From: Geosiphon pyriformis uo1
Lineage: Eukaryota; Fungi; Glomeromycota
Reading direction: 5' to 3'
Length of the DNA: 64,000 nt
NCBI GenBank assembly: GCA_016748015.1
Contig: JAAOMT010000590.1
Coordinates: forward strand, 615,912 to 679,911
Both the position numbers and the translations under genes were made by a program. Positions within the stretch are counted from its first letter, which is position 1. Every line of letters starts with the position of its first letter. The notes beneath the pieces are model-generated. The model searched no databases, was not told where the DNA came from, and was given only the letters and a program-made list of their open reading frames with translations. Of this stretch, positions 11,896 through 26,116 are shown in pieces.

Positions 11896-13700
11896 TAATT
11901 AAACCAAACACATAATTTAATAAAACTATTTAAGTTTAAAATTTATTATTAAAAGTAATAAAATAAGAAATAAAAATATTTTTTTAGCATAAATAATAAC
12001 AAAATAATATTTATTTAACAAATTTTAAATTGGTTTTTAAAAAAATCATATTTTAATTTTATATGATAAGCCAAATTTAATTTAGTTTATAACAAATTTA
12101 TTTTATTAAATATTATAAATTTTTATTTAAATTTTTTTAGTTTTAAAACAAATAATAATATTTATTAACCAAATAAATAAACTTATTTTATTATTTCTAA
12201 ATTTATAATTTTTAATAATTTCTAAATTTTTTTATTAATTAATATTAATTAATTAAAAATCAAAAAATTAATTTGTTCTAATTTAGTAAATTATATTATA
12301 GTTTTTATTATAATTTAATTAATTATAATATTAAATTAATACAATTTTATTAGATTTAAATAAACTTAAAAAAACAGATTTTTTAAAAAAATTTTTGAGG
12401 ATTTTTTTAATAATATTATCTAATTTAATAATATATTTGGCTTTTTAAAATTATTGTTTACAAATATTTTTTTATTTTTGGCCAATATTATAATTTTAAT
12501 TAAATTAAATTAAATTTAATATAAATATTTATTTAATAATTTTCTGAAATTTTAAGAAGATAATAATATATGGTTTATAAAAATATATTTTATATAATTT
12601 ATATATGTAATTAATTACTTTATTAATTAAAATTATATTATATACTTAATATTACTAAAATAATATTAATATATTAAAAAAACAAATTATTTAATTAAAA
12701 ACCAAACTTAATTTTATAATTTTTAGATATTTTTAACTTATGTACAATTTTTTAAGTAATAATATTTATTAAGTTTTATATTATACTAAGCAATAATTAA
12801 TTAATACCAATTAACTTTTTTTTATATATTATTTTTAATTAGTATTTAATATTAAAATATTTTTTATATTAATTAATTAAATTTTAACAAAATTTAACAA
12901 ATTTAAAATTTGTTATTTTAATATTACTAAAATTTTTAAAAACTTATTAATTCAATTTTTTATTATTAACAAAATTTATTATAAGTATTATTTTATAAAA
13001 TTATTTATTATAATCAATATTATATAAAAATTAAAATACAAAAAACAAATTAATAATAATTAATAACAATTTTTTTTAAATATTTAAGTAATTATATAAA
13101 ATTTATATAATATAATTATATTTTTTAAATATAGAAATACATAATTAAATATTTTTGATTTTATTATATTTTAATTTAAGTTAAAAATAATTTTTTTATT
13201 ATTTGTTTTAAAAATTTAATTAAATATTAATAATTTAAATTTACATATATTAATATTAGTTTAATTATTTAATATAATTTTATATTATTTAAATTTAATA
13301 ATATAAATAATAAAGATATTATATATACAAATACATTTTTATATTATTAAAATAAATTATAATTTATTTTTTATATAGTTTATATTAAATTTTTAATTAA
13401 ATTATTTGTAAATACTATAATTTTTTTTTATTTAAAACAATTAAAACTTTAAAAAATTTGCTAATTACTTTGTTTTTTTTGTTTTTTTTTTTACAAAATT
13501 CTTAAAAAAATAAAGTAATATTTATATTAAAAATATTCAAACTTTTTAAATAATTAATATAAAAATTAAAATATTTAAAAAAAATAATAATATATTATTA
13601 TATAATTAGCAAATTTAAGTTTAATAATAATAAAAATTTTATTAAAAATTACAAAAACAAATTTTATTTTTATTAAAAAATATAATAACATTTGATACAT
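11896..13700. repeat. Extremely AT-rich block, probable hypermutated TE relic
   Basis: ~1.8 kb with very low GC; remaining C/G mostly in AC/GT contexts; no ORF. Confidence 0.5.
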
Positions 13701-13811
13701 TGATGCAATTATAAATTTAAAAGATATTCAAGTTATGATTATTTGTGGTAAAATTATTATTACGTTTCTCTTAATGGTTTTTATTCTTTTATGTCATTTT
13801 TTAAAAATAAG

Positions 13812-14472
13812 CAGCTTTCTTGGTCACTTGAATTTAACGACCTTTTGGAGAAAAAGGTAAAGTTTCGCGTCAAGTTATTAATATCCTCTTATTAATATTT
13901 ATGTTATAAGTTTTATAGTCAAACTCAGAAAAATCACGGTCCCCTTTACCGTCACCACCACTTTCAATTGTTCCTTCACGGCGCCTTTTACTTCACCTTC
14001 CATTTCTAGATAATGCAATCGCAAAAGCTTTTGAATACTTTCAGAATTCACAGCAGCATGAGTTCAAGAATAACTCTGTTCTTCAAAATTGGTATAAAAA
14101 ACCGCATGTTGAACGTGGTGACGTAATTGAATTTTACGGTCCATCATGTGGTGGCAAGAGTTCACTTCTTTACTCGTTGATACCTGCTACCATTCTCCCA
14201 CGTTTTTGGGTTCGCGATGGCGGAGCATCATTAAGCGAAGAAGAAAAACAATTTTATATAGGTGGTGTTGATAATGGTGTGATATTAATAGATCTTGATG
14301 GTAGATGTGATATGCAAAGGGTTCATACGTTGATTATGGCTCATTTATCCCAGCGATTTGATCAGGCTATTAATGAAGAAGCAGCAGAACAAAAGAGAAA
14401 TATTTCTAATGACAATCATATTAGTGATGATGATGATAATAATAAGAATAATAAGAATAATAATAATAATAA

Positions 14473-14522
<50 letters not shown>

Positions 14523-14992
14523 GCAATAATAATAATAATAAAGATGACAACAAAAATATCAAAGTCTCCTCTCCAAAAGAAGATTTGACAACTTTTATAC
14601 CATTGGATTTAAATTATGATTGGTTACCAACCGAAGAGGATATGGATCAGATTGCACGTAGAGCCATGGAAAGAATTCATGTTTTTCAACCAAATTCTTC
14701 CTTGGAGCTTTTAGCTACATTACAATCATTGCACGAATATATATTGGAGAGTGATGAGGAATTCAAATATTTAATGATCGACTCAATAATGGCTTTTTAT
14801 TGGCAAGATAAATCAGAAGAATCTGTAGGATCAGGAGCTCGAATTATGAATCAATCATCTCCCACGGGGTATTCCCAGAGTATCGTTAATGCTTTACGCC
14901 ATATTATCAATGAATTCGGTGTAGTGATATTGACCACTAATTGGCAACTTGTTCCATTAGATGCTACAACTGGAAATAAAAACAAAAATAAA

Positions 14993-15043
<51 letters not shown>

Positions 15044-15313
15044 TCTGGAAATTATCCACCAGAATTATTTTATAAAGATATCTCTCCAATTGTATGGCAA
15101 AATTTTGTAAAGTATAGATTTGTTGTAGCCAGACAACCAATACCGCAATATCCTATTGGAACACATCCTGTTGAGGTTGGGAATAATTGTAATGATGAAA
15201 GACAAGAAATGCTCAAGAATCACTGGTTCAGTGGTAGAATGGTCACACCTAATTGTGGTGGTGATATTTTTACATTTAGAATTAGTGCTGATGGTATGAT
15301 TATGTCTGAATAA
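13812..15313 (+). CDS. XRCC2: RAD51 paralog, XRCC2-like (start exon unresolved; intron 13857-13918)
   Basis: Frame extends upstream of the listed ORF to GDVIEFYGPSCGGKSSLLY (Walker A), followed by ILIDLDGRCD and Walker B YLMIDSIMAFYW, typical of XRCC2. Two poly-Asn inserts. Confidence 0.8.
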
Positions 15314-16413
15314 AGATAACATAAAATAAGGTAAAAATATTTTGATAACTTGATAAACTCGAATTTTGGGATACCATTTTTTTTTGATGAATCATTGGTT
15401 ATGATCATAATCGGAAATCTTCAAAATTTTCTCTATCAAAAAGTGTTTTCAAAGATGAAGAAAAAACTTGAATATTGAAAAATCCCGAGATATTAATAAT
15501 TTGAATTTGAGAGACGACCAATTGATTTGTAAGTAAGGCAAGTAAACAAATGGTATCTAAATAGGCAGAGTTTTTGTGGGACACTTTAGCTCCCCGTTTA
15601 GTTCTCAAGTCTTTGTGTTAGAGCAGATCAAATTCAACCTAGACATGATAAGGTAGTCACTTTTCAACCTCGCATCATGATTTTGTAAAAAAAAATCTAT
15701 TATTATTATTATTATTATTTAAATGTGGGATTCTTAGCCACCGCTACTATTTTAAGGAAACACGGAGTTTATAATAATAATAATAACGAGAAAATCAAAA
15801 GAATATTATTTGCTCGTCTCAGGTTATTATAATAAATGTGGGGAGGGATTAAATCCCAATTCCTCGATCAAAAAATAAAATGAAAAGTAACACAGTTAAA
15901 AGACACCCGACTTTTATATCACGCTTATGACGATATTTTTATCAGGGATCAATAAAACACTGACGTAGTTTGATTATTTGATATAACCCCTTTATGGTGA
16001 TTAACACGTCGATACGTCAGTGGATTTACTTTCTAACCGTTTCGTAAAAAAAAATAAAAAAAATTGGTTTGTGATTATAACTTTAAATATCATTACAAGT
16101 TCCAAAGCCTAAAACGTCATATTTTCTATTTCATGAGACAAGGAACTTTTTGTCGAGAAAACGCGACTTACTAAAATTTGGCATCATGATGACGATAGAA
16201 TGATGATTTCATGATATTAAAAAAGCTTTTGAATGCTATTGTCGTGTGTCAACAGTTTTTTTAATTGGGGGGATTTTTTCTCTCTTTTTTTTTGAAAGTA
16301 CTAATTAAAAAAAAATTATAAATTAAATGTCAAAAATTTGTAATAATTTTTAAAAACTTTTAATAACTCGAATTCTTTTCTCATATATTTCCAAAAGTTG
16401 CGGTTGAGACGTG

Positions 16414-16448
<35 letters not shown>

Positions 16449-16565
16449 ACCAAAAAAACAGCGAGAATTTAACTGCATTAAAAAAAATAAAAAAGCATTT
16501 TTGGTTTACAATATTTAAATAAAAATATCTTACTCAATAATAATAATAAAAATAATAATAAAATC

Positions 16566-17085
16566 ATGACAAGTACTCATAAGCGTAACGAGGAAAGAAC
16601 ACATGAAGGTTAGCCTGGAATTATCTATTCACGCGTTTAAATTTAATTTAATTAAAATTAAAACTAGCATTTTCGATATTTAATAATTATTAAAAATACT
16701 TGATAATAAACTGTTCAAAATAATGACAATGTAATTTTTTTTTTATCAATAGAAAATCAAGAACGAGCTTTTATTGCAGCTAGTCATCGTGGGGTGAGTA
16801 TTTTTTAAAGACTTTTTATTTGAAAATATTTTGTTTCATAATCAATCAATGAAATAGCGAGCATTCTTAAATTTCAACTGGTTTATAAACGCCCCTATCG
16901 ATTCTTTTCTTATTTACTATCAAGACAAACTTCTCTCTTTCTTCTCTTTCTTCTCTTTCTTCTCTTTCTTCTCTTTCTTCTCTTTCTTCTCTTTCTTTCT
17001 CTTTCTTTCTCTTTCTTTCTCTTTCTTCTCTTTCTTCTCTTTCTTCTCTTTCTCTTTCTCTTTCTCTTTCTCTTTCTCTTTCTCT

Positions 17086-17125
<40 letters not shown>

Positions 17126-17475
17126 ATTTATTTATTTTTTTCTTACCCTAACCTATATATTTTCACCCTACCCTCCAAAACGTATAGGATCGAAGCATAG
17201 AAGCAAGAATGGAATCAGCACGTAAAGCATCAGAACTTCATAAAAAACGTACAGGTAAAGCACTTCGAATCACTGAACAAGACGTACGAAATGAAGAAAT
17301 GTATCGTGAAATGGACGATACTGTTGAGGAAACTCAGCCTAATTTATCCACTGGACCAATGTATCATCGTGACATACTTGTCGAGACCACTCGAATTTAT
17401 CGTAGTGAAAGCGGTCCTGGTAATTTTGCAATTGGTTCTTTAGGTGGTGTACAGTTTCATAATCAGCAGCAGTAG
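16566..17475 (+). CDS. Small conserved uncharacterised fungal protein, 123 aa, 3 exons (16566-16608, 16753-16793, 17188-17475)
   Basis: GT-AG splicing gives MTSTHKRNEERTHEENQERAFIAASHRGDRSIEARMESARKASELHKKRTGKALRITEQDVRNEEMYREMDD, all exons in phase. Confidence 0.8.
16931..17123 (+). repeat. Compound polypyrimidine microsatellite (TTCTCTTTC)n/(TTTCTC)n/(CT)n in intron 2
   Basis: Directly visible; ~190 bp of only C/T. Confidence 0.95.
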
Positions 17476-17959
17476 TAGTAGTTAGTAGTAGTAGTAGTAG
17501 TAGTAGTAAAGTGGTCCTTTGGTAAATAATAATTATAATAATGAATAATAATAATAATGAATTGATGAACTCATAAATTTATTTTAGCCTTAGTAAATAA
17601 TAGTTATAGTGCGGTTTTTCAAGTTTTTCTGATATTTTCTTTTTTTTATTCGATAAATTATAAAAGGATGATAGGTGAAATAGAGGAACTCAATTCCCAA
17701 AAAGACAATATTACTCGATTGTTTCTTAAAAATTTTCCAATGATTTTTAAAAATTGAAAAACCTTATCAAAATTTTTAAAGCAATTTAATCCACTATTTG
17801 AAAATTATATATTAATATTTAAATAAATGGTTACTTAAAATGGTTTATTTCCAAAAACAAAAAAATTTCTGTATTCAAAATAGTACTTGACAGACCATAA
17901 ACAAATAAATAAAAATATATTCCTATAAAATATAATAGTTATAACAGAATTAATATGAA

Positions 17960-18394
17960 AATATTATTTAAAAATAATAATAATAATAATAATAATAATT
18001 TATAAATATAAAAATTAAACAAAATTACAATTAATAAAAATCAATAAAATATGATATAATATAATATATATTTAATAATTTTTGTATTAAATATATTTAA
18101 AATATATATATAAAATATTATAACATAAAAAAAAAAATTTTTTTTTGATTTTTAATATACATTTAATAAATATTACTTACTTATTTATTTAACTTTAATT
18201 TTTCAATATGTATATATATATATATATATATTAAGTTAATTTTAATTATAAATAAATTTTTTTATTAATATTTAGTTTTTTTTAATAATATATAAAAATC
18301 ATATTTACAAATTTTTTATATTAAATAATTCTTTTAAATAATTTTTATTATTTATTTTTTTAATTTATTATATATATATAAATATATATATATA

Positions 18395-18449
<55 letters not shown>

Positions 18450-18565
18450 TTAAAATTTTTAAATTATCATATATTAATTTAATTTTTATTTAATTTTTAT
18501 TAAATTAAAGAAAATAAAAATCATAAAAATCAAATTAAAATTACAATTACATAATTACAATAACG

Positions 18566-18596
<31 letters not shown>

Positions 18597-18688
18597 ATTA
18601 AAAATAAAAATAAATTAATTAAAATTTAATAAATATTTATATTTATTGTAAAAATAAAATAAAATAAAATATTATTTTTGAGTATTTG

Positions 18689-18772
<84 letters not shown>

Positions 18773-18880
18773 TTAATATTAATATTAATATTATTATTAT
18801 TATTATTAATCTTTTCTAATTTTTATTTTTATCTTTAAATACTTATTATTATTAAATTATTTAAAATTTAACATTATACT
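17960..18880. repeat. AT-rich intergenic block with (TA)n, (ATT)n and (AAT)n microsatellites
   Basis: (ATT)n at ~18396-18447; (AAT)n at ~18690-18810. Confidence 0.85.
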
Positions 18881-18929
18881 ATTACATTTATACATATATG
18901 ACGTAACCAATTAATCAAATTGCGAAAAT

Positions 18930-19125
18930 GTAAACAAGGATAGTTGAAATACACCTGGGGTAAACAAAAATAGTGTTCTAAAAAATATTGTTCTAAACGC
19001 GTCCCTGCCTTCCAACAGACTAACGTTTAATTTAACCTCGTTAAAACAATTTTTGCTTATAACCTCAAGTCTCTCCCGTGAAAACTCGTTTGTCCCTGAA
19101 TAGAACGCGTTCTCTTTACTCGCGT
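18930..19125 (+). promoter_or_regulatory. RAD21 promoter: two forkhead-type GTAAACAA sites and MCB-type ACGCGT elements
   Basis: GTAAACAA at 18930 and 18960; ACGCGT at 18997 and 19105; TCGCGT at 19120; all within ~260 bp of the ATG in CpG-poor DNA. Confidence 0.6.
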
Positions 19126-19187
19126 TTTGGTCTCTTTATCATTTTTCAAAGTTTTGTTTGGTTGGTTTTGTGAATTAAACCTGCAAC

Positions 19188-19502
19188 ATGTTTTATTCAG
19201 AGGCTATCCTCTCCAAAAAGGTAGTATACATTAATATCTCACTTTCTGAGAAATAAAAACCCAGGTTTGGGTTTTGATTTTATCTGAAATATTTTCAAAA
19301 ACCAGTCTAGTCGTTTATCTCAAATTTTATTCAACTCTCTTCGTACAGGGTCCATTGGCGAAGGTATGGCTAGCCGCCCATTGGGAGAGGAAACTAAGCA
19401 AAACCCAGTTTTTACAGACGAATATTCAGTCGTCAGTTGGTTTGTAAAAAAACCTTTATTTTCAACGTTTTTTGTTCAACTCCCAGAAATTTCACACTAG
19501 AC

Positions 19503-19542
<40 letters not shown>

Positions 19543-19965
19543 CCGCTTATTCAAGGCGCAATCCTTGGTGGTGATCAACCGCCAATGGCTCTTCGATTGT
19601 CAGGACAATTGCTGCTCGGTGTAGTTAGAATATATTCTCGTAAAGCTAGGTATTTGTTAGAGGACTGTAATGAAGCCCTAGTAAAGATTAAATTGGTATG
19701 CTTTTAATTCTCATATTCTTTATTTCGGCTCATACAATTCGACCTCACTGACTTCATCTTTCCTCGTTATTCTAGGCCTTTCGTCCTGGTATAGTTGATA
19801 TGCCCGAAGAGCAAATATCCGCAAACTATAACGCCATTACTTTACCCGATATTATTACCGAGCTTGATATTCTGTTGCCCGATCCCGGTTTCAATCTCAA
19901 GTAATTTTATTTCTGTCATTAAAAAAGTCCTTTTAAACCCATTTTTGTTTTAAACATAATCATAC

Positions 19966-20022
<57 letters not shown>

Positions 20023-20657
20023 CTTTTCTAACATAATTAAAGAGCCTGGGATGATCAATCCCAACTAGTCAGCAATAACAATAATAAAAATAATACTTCT
20101 CGGCCTCAAGACATTACCATTAGAGATACACTGGAAATCTCGATTGGGATCAATTTAGGAGATGATTTATTGGGTGATGGGTTTGATATTGAAGATGGTC
20201 GTGGTTTCGATTTAGACTTTGGAGATGCCTTGGACCCCAAATTAGATGATATATCTTATGATTTAGGCGGAAAAAGTCCTCAAGGTTCAGCTCCTGAAGA
20301 GGGCTCTCTTGATATAGAAATGCCTAGAGATGCTCCCCCTGAACATTCTATTACATTGGAAGATGTAATTGGCAGTGTCCCCATGGATCTCGACAAAGAT
20401 GATTTATTAATACCTGACGATGGGCCAGAGTTAGACCTTGGCCTCGGGATCGGTCAGGATCTTGTATTAGATCAAGGGAATGATGAGCTGAGAAGGCCCG
20501 ATATTGACGTGGAAACTGATATGATGAATTTAAATCTCGAAGATGGAACACATCTACCCGATATGAGCGTTGAACACGTCATTCTTGACGACACAAGGTA
20601 ATTGTTTATTTTTAAACAATGGTTTAATTCCAAGATTGACATTTCATTAAATAATAC

Positions 20658-20707
<50 letters not shown>

Positions 20708-22490
20708 TCTCGTTTGGGATTTTAGACCTGATGACGCAGACAATATTAATTTTGGTATAGCCTCACCACCTCCTAATCAAAATGAAGGTAAAAATCTTCC
20801 CCATTATAAATTCTATAAATACGATAATGTTTGTCATTTATTAATTCTCTTGTTCTTTTAAATTTACAGATTTCCAATTCGATACCACAGAACCAACAAC
20901 AACAACAACACCACCACCACTACCATCATCATCATCACCACCACCACCACCACCACCACCCTCACCACCCGTCAAAACTCGAAGAAAAAGACGATTTATT
21001 ATTGATGAAGAAACTGAATTAAAAAGCATACAAATATCCAATCAAATAAAGGATACATCGGATATTATCGTTCAAGTCTGTATTGGTCTAATTTTCTTTG
21101 CTGTTCAACAAAAATAAAACAGAATACATTGTTTTAATATACATAAACTATATATATATATATTGACAATACTCTGAACTTTCTAATTTAGCCATCATTC
21201 CTTCCTTCTTCGCGTAAATTACTTCGACTCGCGGAAATTCGTCAAATGGGTGCTAAATATTATCTTGATTTGACTGCTCCACCAAATGTTCCTCCTCAAT
21301 TACATCGTCTATTCACGAGAAAGCGTCCGCGTATGGAATCGCCACCCCCAGTAAACACTCAACAATTAGAAGACGATTCAATTGACTTCAATAACTTGAT
21401 TGTTGAAAATCAAGAACCCCTCTTGAACCATGATTTAGTAAGTAAAATCCTAATAAATATCGATCTTTGCTCAACTTTTTTTTTTGTTTTTACTTATACA
21501 GATTGGAAATAACGACGACGATAATATTCTGCCCAATTTACCTAGCCCGATCAACACGGAAGGTAAATTTTGAAGTATTCAATTTTTTATAAATTGCTGT
21601 TGACGAGTGATTTCTCTTTTTCAGTTTTAAAAAAGTTACCTCATTCTGATGTTGCCGAGGAGGATGAGGAGGAGGAAGAGGAGTTTGAGACTGCGTTACA
21701 ACTTGATGTACCTCCTCTATCTGATGAACCTGTTCTACCTGATGAGTCTTTAGTCGAAGACGATGTGGTAAAGATCTTGAGAAATTGTCAAAGGTTTCCA
21801 AAAATAGTATCAAAAACTGATGACCTTACAGTTATCTCAGCATGTTGGATCCATTGCGGGAGAAATATTAAGTGAAGATGCTGATGATGGTATGAAAAAT
21901 TTATTCATGTGAAATTCTTATTAGCAAAATTTAATAATATTTTATCACTTATATTCTCTAGTTTCATCACCTCGTGGCCTTACCATTTTTGACCAAGATG
22001 ATGGACAAGATCAACAGCCCGGAAATGAGGCAACCTTCAGTAAAAATACGATGAAGGCAATGCGTCTACTACAACGAGAGTTTGACAAATCAAATATTCA
22101 TCGTGAAAAGATTGGTCTAAAGACGACAAAATCTATCAGCTATGAATCGATGGCTGGAAAGGTATAAATTTTTAAAGTAACACTTGTATTCATTGTATTG
22201 ATAAATATTGTTTAATTGCTTTTATCATTACAATAAAAAATAGGCAAAGAGGCAAGATGCTGTCAAGCTATTCTTTGAATTGCTTGTACTGAAAACCAAG
22301 GATGTAATTGACGTCCAGCAGAAAAAGCCTTTCGGGGATATAGACATAAGAGGAAAGGTTGTATTCAATATATATACACATATAATAACTTTTACCAAGT
22401 TCAATACCCTCATTTTTATAACTAACAATTTTTGTTTTTTGATTGCAGAAAAAATTGTTTGAAACTCTTGCGATTGTCCCAGACCGATAA
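19188..22490 (+). CDS. RAD21: Cohesin kleisin subunit Rad21/Scc1 (multi-exon)
   Basis: N-terminus [63 protein letters not shown]; C-terminal winged helix [30 protein letters not shown]; stop TAA 22488-22490. Confidence 0.95.
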
Positions 22491-23864
22491 AAACTTGAGA
22501 GTACCATTTTCGAGCTAACAGCATCGGACAGTTAACTAAATCCGCATCACCAATTTTTAGAATATTAATCGGGGCAAGGTCGCATTATAGATTTTACAAT
22601 TAAAGAAAACGTAAAAGCATAAAGTTTGTTTAGCCTTTAAGAATTCCAGTAATTTATATCCTGGGGTAGTAGTACCTTCCGTTATCCTGCCCCATTCCTA
22701 ATCAACATTACGTGCTTTTATCAATCCATGTCTATCCGGTACAAGTTCTTTGTGATAAAAATTACTATTCTCTGATTTGGTTTTCTCTATACACCAACTC
22801 TTTTGCGTACTCGGTTTCAGCTATTTTGTATTATCGATGCCCTCAAAATAATATGTATTTACTTTGCATTTAAAATTATAAAGTTTTTGATTGTTTATTT
22901 TTACCATTTGATTTTGTGCTATTGTTAAAAATTTCAAAGGCGAGAAAATAATTAATGAAATGGTTTTTACCATAAAGAAATTTGTTTTTGCATATATTTT
23001 CCTCAAATCTTTTGGTGTATTTCTTTAATACGGAGAGATTTTGGTATTCTTGATTTTTAAAGCATAAAAATTATTTGTCCAGCTCTTTACAAATATGGGA
23101 AATCAAATGCACTTTATTTCCAGAAGTAAACTTTACAACTTTGAAATGAAATCCTGAGGATTAAAATTTTGAGACTGACATGTAAAATTAAATTTTCAAA
23201 ATTTAGAATTTTTATAAAGACGATTCAGACTTTTTCCTTTGGGACTTTCTAAATATCGATTTTATTTATTGCTATACAATTAAAAAAAAACTTTTTAAAT
23301 TTGTGACTAAAAATCGGGGGTCGGGTTTCAAAAGAGGCATTTTCGATCCTTGAATAAAATTCCAATATTTCTTAATTTAAAACATCTTAAAATTAAAGAT
23401 ATTATTATAATTCAAAATAATAATAATAATGGGAATAAAAAAAATAGAGAAATTTTACAAATCTTATTTGTTCTAATTTGAAAAAAATGAAATTATTTTC
23501 TCGAAAATGAAATTATAACTGATCAGGTTTTATTCTTTACAATTTTTACTAAATAATTCATTTTTGTTTTTCCGAGATTTAGTGAAAAATCTCCAATAAA
23601 CATTTAACACTCGGTAGTATATGTTTCGCAAATTTCCATTTGTTTTATGATCTGCAAAATGATCAACAAAATTTATTTTAAAGATGAGAAACATCGCACC
23701 TATAACCCTGCTCAAACGAACAAGACCATTCTTATCCTAACCTGATTACTAACTGCTCATAATATATTGCAATCAAGCAAGATTTTCATAATAATAAATA
23801 TATTTCAAAATAATAGCAGATGGCATCTGCATTTGCCACGTTGAAAGATCTTTTTCTTCTATTC

Positions 23865-24882
23865 TTATAGGTCACCAGGAACCAATTCTTTCTCCTTCAA
23901 TAATGTTTCAAGTTCGCCAGATTGGTGCATCTGAAGCAAAATATCACACCCACCCACAAATACCCCCTTTAAATAAACTTGAGGAATAGTTGGCCATGAT
24001 CTATGGAACATAAGCGAGACAGATAATGTCTTGAATTTTATCTTTTGCGTAAAATAATGTGAAGTGAGCAAGAAAAATTAATTCATTAAAGCACTTACGA
24101 ATATTCTTTAATCCCATTTCTTAAGTCCTGATCTTCTAGCACATTGTAGGCTTTAATTTGTTTGGCATCGACCCCTTTTTAAAATGAATAAAAATTTAAT
24201 CATAATTTTAATTTGATTGAAAGATAAAAACATATTAATTGGTCAATTAGTTGTGTTTACCTTGCGCATCCAGTATCTGGACAACAGCTCTACTAAATCC
24301 ACACTTTTGAATTCAAGGCAAGAAAAGCATAAATTTAAATTATATTAAACTCAAAAAAACAAGTAAAATAAATACCTGTGGCGCATCAGGGGTTCCTTTC
24401 ATAAAAAGTACTACATCATTATTTCGTACAGTCTACACCATTATCAGACAGAAAAAAATCAATAAATTACAATTCAAAATTAAAAATTTACTTAAGCTTT
24501 AGTCCTTTTGTATAAAACCTCGTCAAGCCTTTGTTTCAATGAATCAGATAAGCATCTTACGAAGCCCCAATTGCTAACCACTCTGTTCGAGAAGGAATTT
24601 TGTTTGTGGGAGGTTAAAAGTAAAGACTGAGAAGAATTAGGAGCCCAGTGGTTCCTCGAGTATGTAGAAAGAAATCTCCGAGTGCTGGAGGGAAACAATA
24701 CAGATGTCGGAACTTTAGACTAAAAAATTGAAGAGCAGTGGGAAACACCTAATGCACATGAGCTTTGAATGGAATTTCGAAAAACTCGGTTTTAATTTTT
24801 GAACTCTTAGTGTTCCTCCGAAAATACTTACTTGTAGAAAAACAAATTTCGGTACGTTACCAAGAAAACTCGGGCCTTTCAT
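23865..24882 (-). CDS. GRX5: Mitochondrial monothiol glutaredoxin (multi-exon)
   Basis: [13 protein letters not shown]|[11 protein letters not shown] and [30 protein letters not shown]; S/R-rich presequence; ATG at 24882. Confidence 0.92.
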
Positions 24883-25149
24883 GTTTCACAAAGTAAAAGA
24901 AATTGAGGGAAGTAAAGGTAGGTAAGGCGAAAATTGAACCTTCAGATCCAATTATTTAATGACTATATGACTAATTTGAATGATTAGTAAAATAGTAGAT
25001 CTTGATGATACTTTCCCGCAGTTAAGATTAAATGATAGTGAGGTGCTTAATAGATCAAGAAAAACACCCTAAAATTAGACTACCCCACTTTTCAAACCAC
25101 GTAATGTATTTTCTTTTTTTATTGTAAATAAAAAAAGCTTTGTGGAGAA

Positions 25150-25870
25150 AAATAAGAAAGTTTCAAGTTAATTATTAAAAATAACATAATTATAATAATA
25201 TAAAAAAGAAAATATATTGTTAAATAATATTTTAATAGGTTGTATTCAATATAATGTTTAATTGTTACATAATTGCAACTTTAAATTATATAAACATAAT
25301 CAATTATAATCCATGTAATTTTTATTTGTTGTATTCAAAATCTTATTTTTAAATCAATGTATTTATTAATATAATATGGTATTAAAATAACATTTTAATG
25401 AATTTTAATTAATAAAATGTTTAATTTTTACATTATTACAACTCAAATTATATAAACATAATTAATTATAATTTACATAATATTTATTTATTATATTTAC
25501 ATTTCTATTTTTGATTTAATATGAAATTTAATATAATATAAAAACTTTTTTTAAATAAATAAATATTTATATTATGTTTTTTAATATATTTTATTAATGT
25601 TTTTAATTATTAATTTTTATATGAAAAATTTATATAAAAAATTTTATTATTATTTGTTATTTACATAATAATTATACTTTAAAATATAAAGCATAATGAA
25701 TTTTAATTTAAAAAATTTATTGTTATATTTTGTTTAATAATTTATTTATTTTTAAATTATAATTATAACATTAATTAATTAATATATTTTTTTACATCAG
25801 TTTAGATTTTTTTAATATATTATTTTATAATAAAATTTCTGATATTAATACTTATACAATTATACAATAA
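25150..25870. repeat. AT-rich block containing a diverged ~125-bp direct repeat
   Basis: 25251-25377 vs 25413-25537 share ATGTTTAAT..AAATTATATAAACATAAT..AATTATAAT..AATATAAT. Confidence 0.7.
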
Positions 25871-26116
25871 TGGGCTGTTGACCTGATAATTGTTTTAGCC
25901 GGCGCAGCCGCAGTGATGATGAATGGCATAGTAATCACCGCAGCCGATATCTAAAGATCGTCGTCTAATATAAAATAATTGATTGATTTTATGGATTTTT
26001 TTATTTGACCCAACCGTTATTTCTCATCATAGGAAAACCCTTTTACACCAAGTAAATTTTAACTTCTCACGCGAAAAAGCTTTTCAATTTTCCCACAGAA
26101 AACCTCTACTAGAAAA

